DNA of 64,000 nucleotides from Escherichia coli (GTDB lineage Bacteria; Pseudomonadota; Gammaproteobacteria; Enterobacterales; Enterobacteriaceae): NCBI RefSeq assembly GCF_048403405.1, contig NZ_CP183129.1; one strand, 5' to 3'. Shown piece by piece: positions 60,538 to 64,000 of this stretch (position 1 is its first letter; each line of letters starts with the position of its first letter). The notes under the pieces were generated by a model. It saw only the letters and a program-made list of their open reading frames with translations, ran no database searches and was not told where the DNA came from. The position numbers and the translations under genes were made by a program.

Positions 60538-60640
60538 CTGCCGGATGCGGCGTGAATGCCTTATCTGGTCTACAAATGTTGCGTAAATTCAATATATTGA
60601 TGTTTTTGTAGGACTGATAAGCGGAGCGCATCAGGCAATG
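60538..60640. repeat. Pair of inverted REP units (BIME-like) in the hisL-yeeZ intergenic region
   Basis: cctgccggatgcggcgtgaatgccttatctggtctac and gtaggactgataagcggagcgcatcaggcaatg. Confidence 0.6.
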
Positions 60641-60740
60641 GTATATTTGCTAACCGTTTCGATTTCATTCATAGAATGAATTGTCAGTTTTGATACGCTA
60701 GCGTAGCCTTATAGATCTTAGGTGTATCAGGAGATAACGG

Positions 60741-61565
60741 ATGAAAAAGGTCGCAATTGTCGGGTTAGGGTGGTTAGGCATGCCGCTGGCGATGTCACTT
60801 TCAGCGCGAGGCTGGCAAGTCACCGGGAGTAAAACCACACAAGATGGTGTCGAAGCGGCCCGAATGAGTGGCATTGATAGCTATCTGCTTCGCATGGAGC
60901 CTGAGTTAGTTTGCGATTCTGACGATCTGGATGCCCTGATGGATGCCGATGCGCTGGTCATTACGCTTCCGGCACGTCGTAGCGGCCCCGGCGATGAGTT
61001 CTATTTACAAGCGGTACAAGAGTTAGTGGATAGCGCGCTGGCTCATCGTATTCCCCGCATTATTTTCACCAGCTCAACGTCTGTCTATGGCGACGCGCAA
61101 GGCACGGTGAAAGAAACTACCCCGCGTAATCCGGTAACCAACAGTGGAAGAGTATTAGAAGAACTCGAAGACTGGCTGCACAATTTACCCGGTACTTCGG
61201 TCGATATTCTGCGTCTTGCGGGCCTTGTCGGACCGGGACGTCATCCCGGACGCTTCTTTGCCGGAAAAACCGCGCCTGATGGTGAACATGGTGTTAATTT
61301 AGTCCATTTAGAAGATGTTATTGGCGCTATCACTCTGTTGTTACAGGCACCTAAAGGCGGACACATCTATAATATATGTGCGCCAGCTCACCCTGCGCGT
61401 AATGTTTTCTATCCGCAGATGGCCCGTTTACTGGGGCTGGAACCTCCGCAGTTCAGAAATAGTCTGGACAGCGGCAAAGGTAAGATTATTGATGGCAGTC
61501 GGATTTGTAATGAACTGGGGTTTGAATACCAGTATCCCGATCCGCTGGTAATGCCGCTGGAGTAA
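60741..61565 (+). CDS. yeeZ: NAD(P)-binding epimerase/dehydratase-family protein
   Basis: 274-aa ORF MKKVAIVGLGWLGMPLA Rossmann N-terminus. Confidence 0.85.
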   Translation: MKKVAIVGLGWLGMPLAMSLSARGWQVTGSKTTQDGVEAARMSGIDSYLLRMEPELVCDSDDLDALMDADALVITLPARRSGPGDEFYLQAVQELVDSALAHRIPRIIFTSSTSVYGDAQGTVKETTPRNPVTNSGRVLEELEDWLHNLPGTSVDILRLAGLVGPGRHPGRFFAGKTAPDGEHGVNLVHLEDVIGAITLLLQAPKGGHIYNICAPAHPARNVFYPQMARLLGLEPPQFRNSLDSGKGKIIDGSRICNELGFEYQYPDPLVMPLE

Positions 61566-61589
61566 ACGATCACGCCAGCAGGACGCCGC

Positions 61590-62465
61590 ATGCACTGCAA
61601 GGGGGCGTGTATGAAACCACTGCTGGATGTGTTGATGATCCTCGATGCCTTAGAAAAAGAAGGCAGTTTTGCGGCGGCGTCGGCCAAACTCTACAAGACG
61701 CCGTCCGCTCTGAGTTACACCGTTCACAAGCTGGAAAGCGACCTTAATATTCAATTGCTTGATCGTAGCGGTCACCGCGCTAAATTCACCCGCACCGGAA
61801 AAATGTTATTAGAGAAAGGGCGGGAAGTTCTGCATACCGTGCGGGAACTGGAAAAGCAGGCGATCAAACTGCATGAAGGCTGGGAAAACGAGCTGGTGAT
61901 TGGCGTGGACGACACGTTTCCTTTTTCTCTGCTTGCGCCACTGATTGAAGCTTTTTATCAACATCATAGCGTGACGCGCCTGAAGTTTATCAATGGCGTA
62001 CTCGGTGGTTCCTGGGATGCCCTGACTCAGGGGCGAGCGGATATTATTGTTGGCGCGATGCATGAGCCACCATCTTCCAGTGAATTTGGTTTCTCGCGGT
62101 TGGGCGATCTGGAACAAGTCTTTGCGGTCGCGCCTCATCATCCGTTAGCCCAGGAAGAAGAGCCGTTAAACCGTCGTATCATTAAGCGATATCGGGCGAT
62201 TGTGGTGGGGGACACTGCGCAGGCAGGCGCTTCTACGGCCTCACAACTTCTCGACGAACAAGAAGCCATTACCGTTTTCGATTTTAAAACCAAGCTGGAG
62301 CTGCAAATTAGCGGCCTCGGCTGCGGCTATTTACCCCGTTATCTGGCGCAACGTTTTCTCGATAGTGGCGCGTTAATCGAGAAGAAAGTGGTCGCCCAAA
62401 CTCTCTTTGAACCCGTCTGGATTGGCTGGAATGAACAGACCGCAGGGCTTGCCAGCGGCTGGTGA
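61590..62465 (+). CDS. yeeY: LysR-family transcriptional regulator
   Basis: 291-aa ORF; HTH LDALEKEGSFAAASAKLYKTPSALSYTVHKLE; true start may differ (candidate ATG at 61611). Confidence 0.75.
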   Translation: MHCKGACMKPLLDVLMILDALEKEGSFAAASAKLYKTPSALSYTVHKLESDLNIQLLDRSGHRAKFTRTGKMLLEKGREVLHTVRELEKQAIKLHEGWENELVIGVDDTFPFSLLAPLIEAFYQHHSVTRLKFINGVLGGSWDALTQGRADIIVGAMHEPPSSSEFGFSRLGDLEQVFAVAPHHPLAQEEEPLNRRIIKRYRAIVVGDTAQAGASTASQLLDEQEAITVFDFKTKLELQISGLGCGYLPRYLAQRFLDSGALIEKKVVAQTLFEPVWIGWNEQTAGLASGW

Positions 62466-62806
62466 CGGGATGAAATTTTAGCAAATAGTGCGATCGCCGG
62501 TGTTTATGCAAAATCTGATGACGGAAAATCAGCCATTTAAAGAAAAATTATTATGACAAGCCTCTCATTCTCTTGTCATTTCCCCCCCATTTAGGCACAA
62601 TGCGCCGCTGTCAAAAAATGACTAAAAACCGACGTTTCATCAGCGTCGGTTATTTTTTGCTTCAAACCAATCATTCATACCAAGAGGCCGGGCTTCGTAC
62701 CGGATAGATATTTACTAAAAATCGACAGTTGTTGTCGCTGAGGAATCCAAAAAAATGGGGCAATTTTTTGCTTACGCGACGGTTATCACCGTAAAGGAGA
62801 ATGACC

Positions 62807-64000
62807 ATGTCGCATAACGTTACTCCAAACACCTCTCGCGTGGAATTGCGTAAAACGCTTACGTTAGTTCCGGTTGTAATGATGGGTCTTGCCTATATGC
62901 AGCCGATGACGCTGTTTGATACTTTTGGTATCGTTTCAGGCCTCACGGATGGTCATGTGCCGACAGCCTATGCGTTCGCATTGATTGCGATCCTGTTTAC
63001 GGCTCTGAGCTACGGGAAGCTGGTCCGCCGCTATCCTTCTGCTGGCTCTGCATACACTTACGCCCAGAAATCCATTAGCCCGACTGTCGGCTTTATGGTG
63101 GGTTGGTCTTCTCTGCTCGACTATCTGTTCGCGCCGATGATCAACATTCTGCTGGCGAAAATCTATTTTGAAGCTCTGGTGCCTTCCATTCCATCGTGGA
63201 TGTTTGTGGTGGCGCTGGTGGCCTTTATGACCGCCTTTAACCTGCGTAGTCTGAAATCCGTAGCGAACTTCAACACTGTAATCGTCGTGTTGCAGGTAGT
63301 GCTGATCGCGGTGATCCTGGGCATGGTTGTTTATGGCGTATTTGAAGGTGAAGGAGCGGGTACGCTGGCGAGCACTCGTCCGTTCTGGTCTGGCGATGCG
63401 CATGTTATCCCGATGATTACCGGGGCGACAATCCTGTGCTTCTCCTTTACCGGCTTTGACGGCATCAGCAACCTGTCGGAAGAAACCAAAGATGCAGAGC
63501 GCGTGATCCCGCGTGCGATTTTCCTGACCGCGCTGATTGGCGGCATGATCTTCATCTTTGCAACTTACTTCCTGCAGCTGTACTTCCCGGATATCTCTCG
63601 CTTTAAAGATCCGGATGCGTCACAGCCTGAAATCATGCTGTACGTTGCGGGTAAAGCGTTCCAGGTTGGCGCGCTGATCTTCTCCACCATTACCGTACTG
63701 GCGTCCGGTATGGCGGCGCACGCAGGCGTTGCGCGTCTGATGTACGTAATGGGTCGTGACGGCGTGTTCCCGAAAAGCTTCTTCGGTTATGTACACCCGA
63801 AATGGCGTACTCCGGCGATGAATATCATCCTGGTTGGCGCGATTGCCCTGCTGGCAATCAACTTTGACCTGGTAATGGCAACGGCGCTGATTAACTTTGG
63901 TGCGTTGGTGGCGTTCACCTTCGTTAACCTGTCGGTCATCTCGCAGTTCTGGATCCGTGAGAAGCGTAACAAGACGCTGAAAGATCACTTCCAGTATCTG
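62807..64000 (+). CDS. plaP: Amino acid/polyamine permease (putrescine importer type), 3' end outside window
   Basis: Open frame from [33 protein letters not shown] to the window edge; read from DNA, not in the ORF track because no stop is reached. Confidence 0.8.
   Translation, partial: MSHNVTPNTSRVELRKTLTLVPVVMMGLAYMQPMTLFDTFGIVSGLTDGHVPTAYAFALIAILFTALSYGKLVRRYPSAGSAYTYAQKSISPTVGFMVGWSSLLDYLFAPMINILLAKIYFEALVPSIPSWMFVVALVAFMTAFNLRSLKSVANFNTVIVVLQVVLIAVILGMVVYGVFEGEGAGTLASTRPFWSGDAHVIPMITGATILCFSFTGFDGISNLSEETKDAERVIPRAIFLTALIGGMIFIFATYFLQLYFPDISRFKDPDASQPEIMLYVAGKAFQVGALIFSTITVLASGMAAHAGVARLMYVMGRDGVFPKSFFGYVHPKWRTPAMNIILVGAIALLAINFDLVMATALINFGALVAFTFVNLSVISQFWIREKRNKTLKDHFQYL

Overview
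Enterobacterial (Escherichia coli-type) chromosomal segment, in reverse orientation relative to the K-12 map as I recall it. All calls are from reading the ORF translations and the DNA by eye; no searches were run. Order: yegL (5' partial)-yegK-yegI kinase/phosphatase/vWA module, yegD, alkA, dgcE (yegE), udk, dcd, asmA, a small toxin-antitoxin pair, yegH, the complete colanic acid cluster (wza to wcaM) with its JUMPstart/ops element, gne, galF, a second JUMPstart/ops, an AT-rich O-antigen-type cluster (three glycosyltransferases, a 588-aa HAD-like protein, Wzy-like and Wzx-like membrane proteins) ending in a gene truncated by an IS1 copy, then gnd, ugd, wzzB, the his operon (hisL leader, attenuator, hisGDCBHAFI on the minus strand), yeeZ, yeeY and the 5' part of plaP. 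No rRNA, tRNA or CRISPR array was seen. Most of the window is conserved core genome; the parts that look accessory are the toxin-antitoxin pair (12.6-13.3 kb), gne plus the O-antigen cluster with IS1 (38.2-48.9 kb), and the short hisL-yeeZ spacer where K-12 carries yefM-yoeB. The most interesting candidates are the poorly characterised yegL-yegK-yegI signalling triad, the toxin-antitoxin insertion, and the O-antigen locus with its uncharacterised 588-aa protein and IS1-associated truncation.
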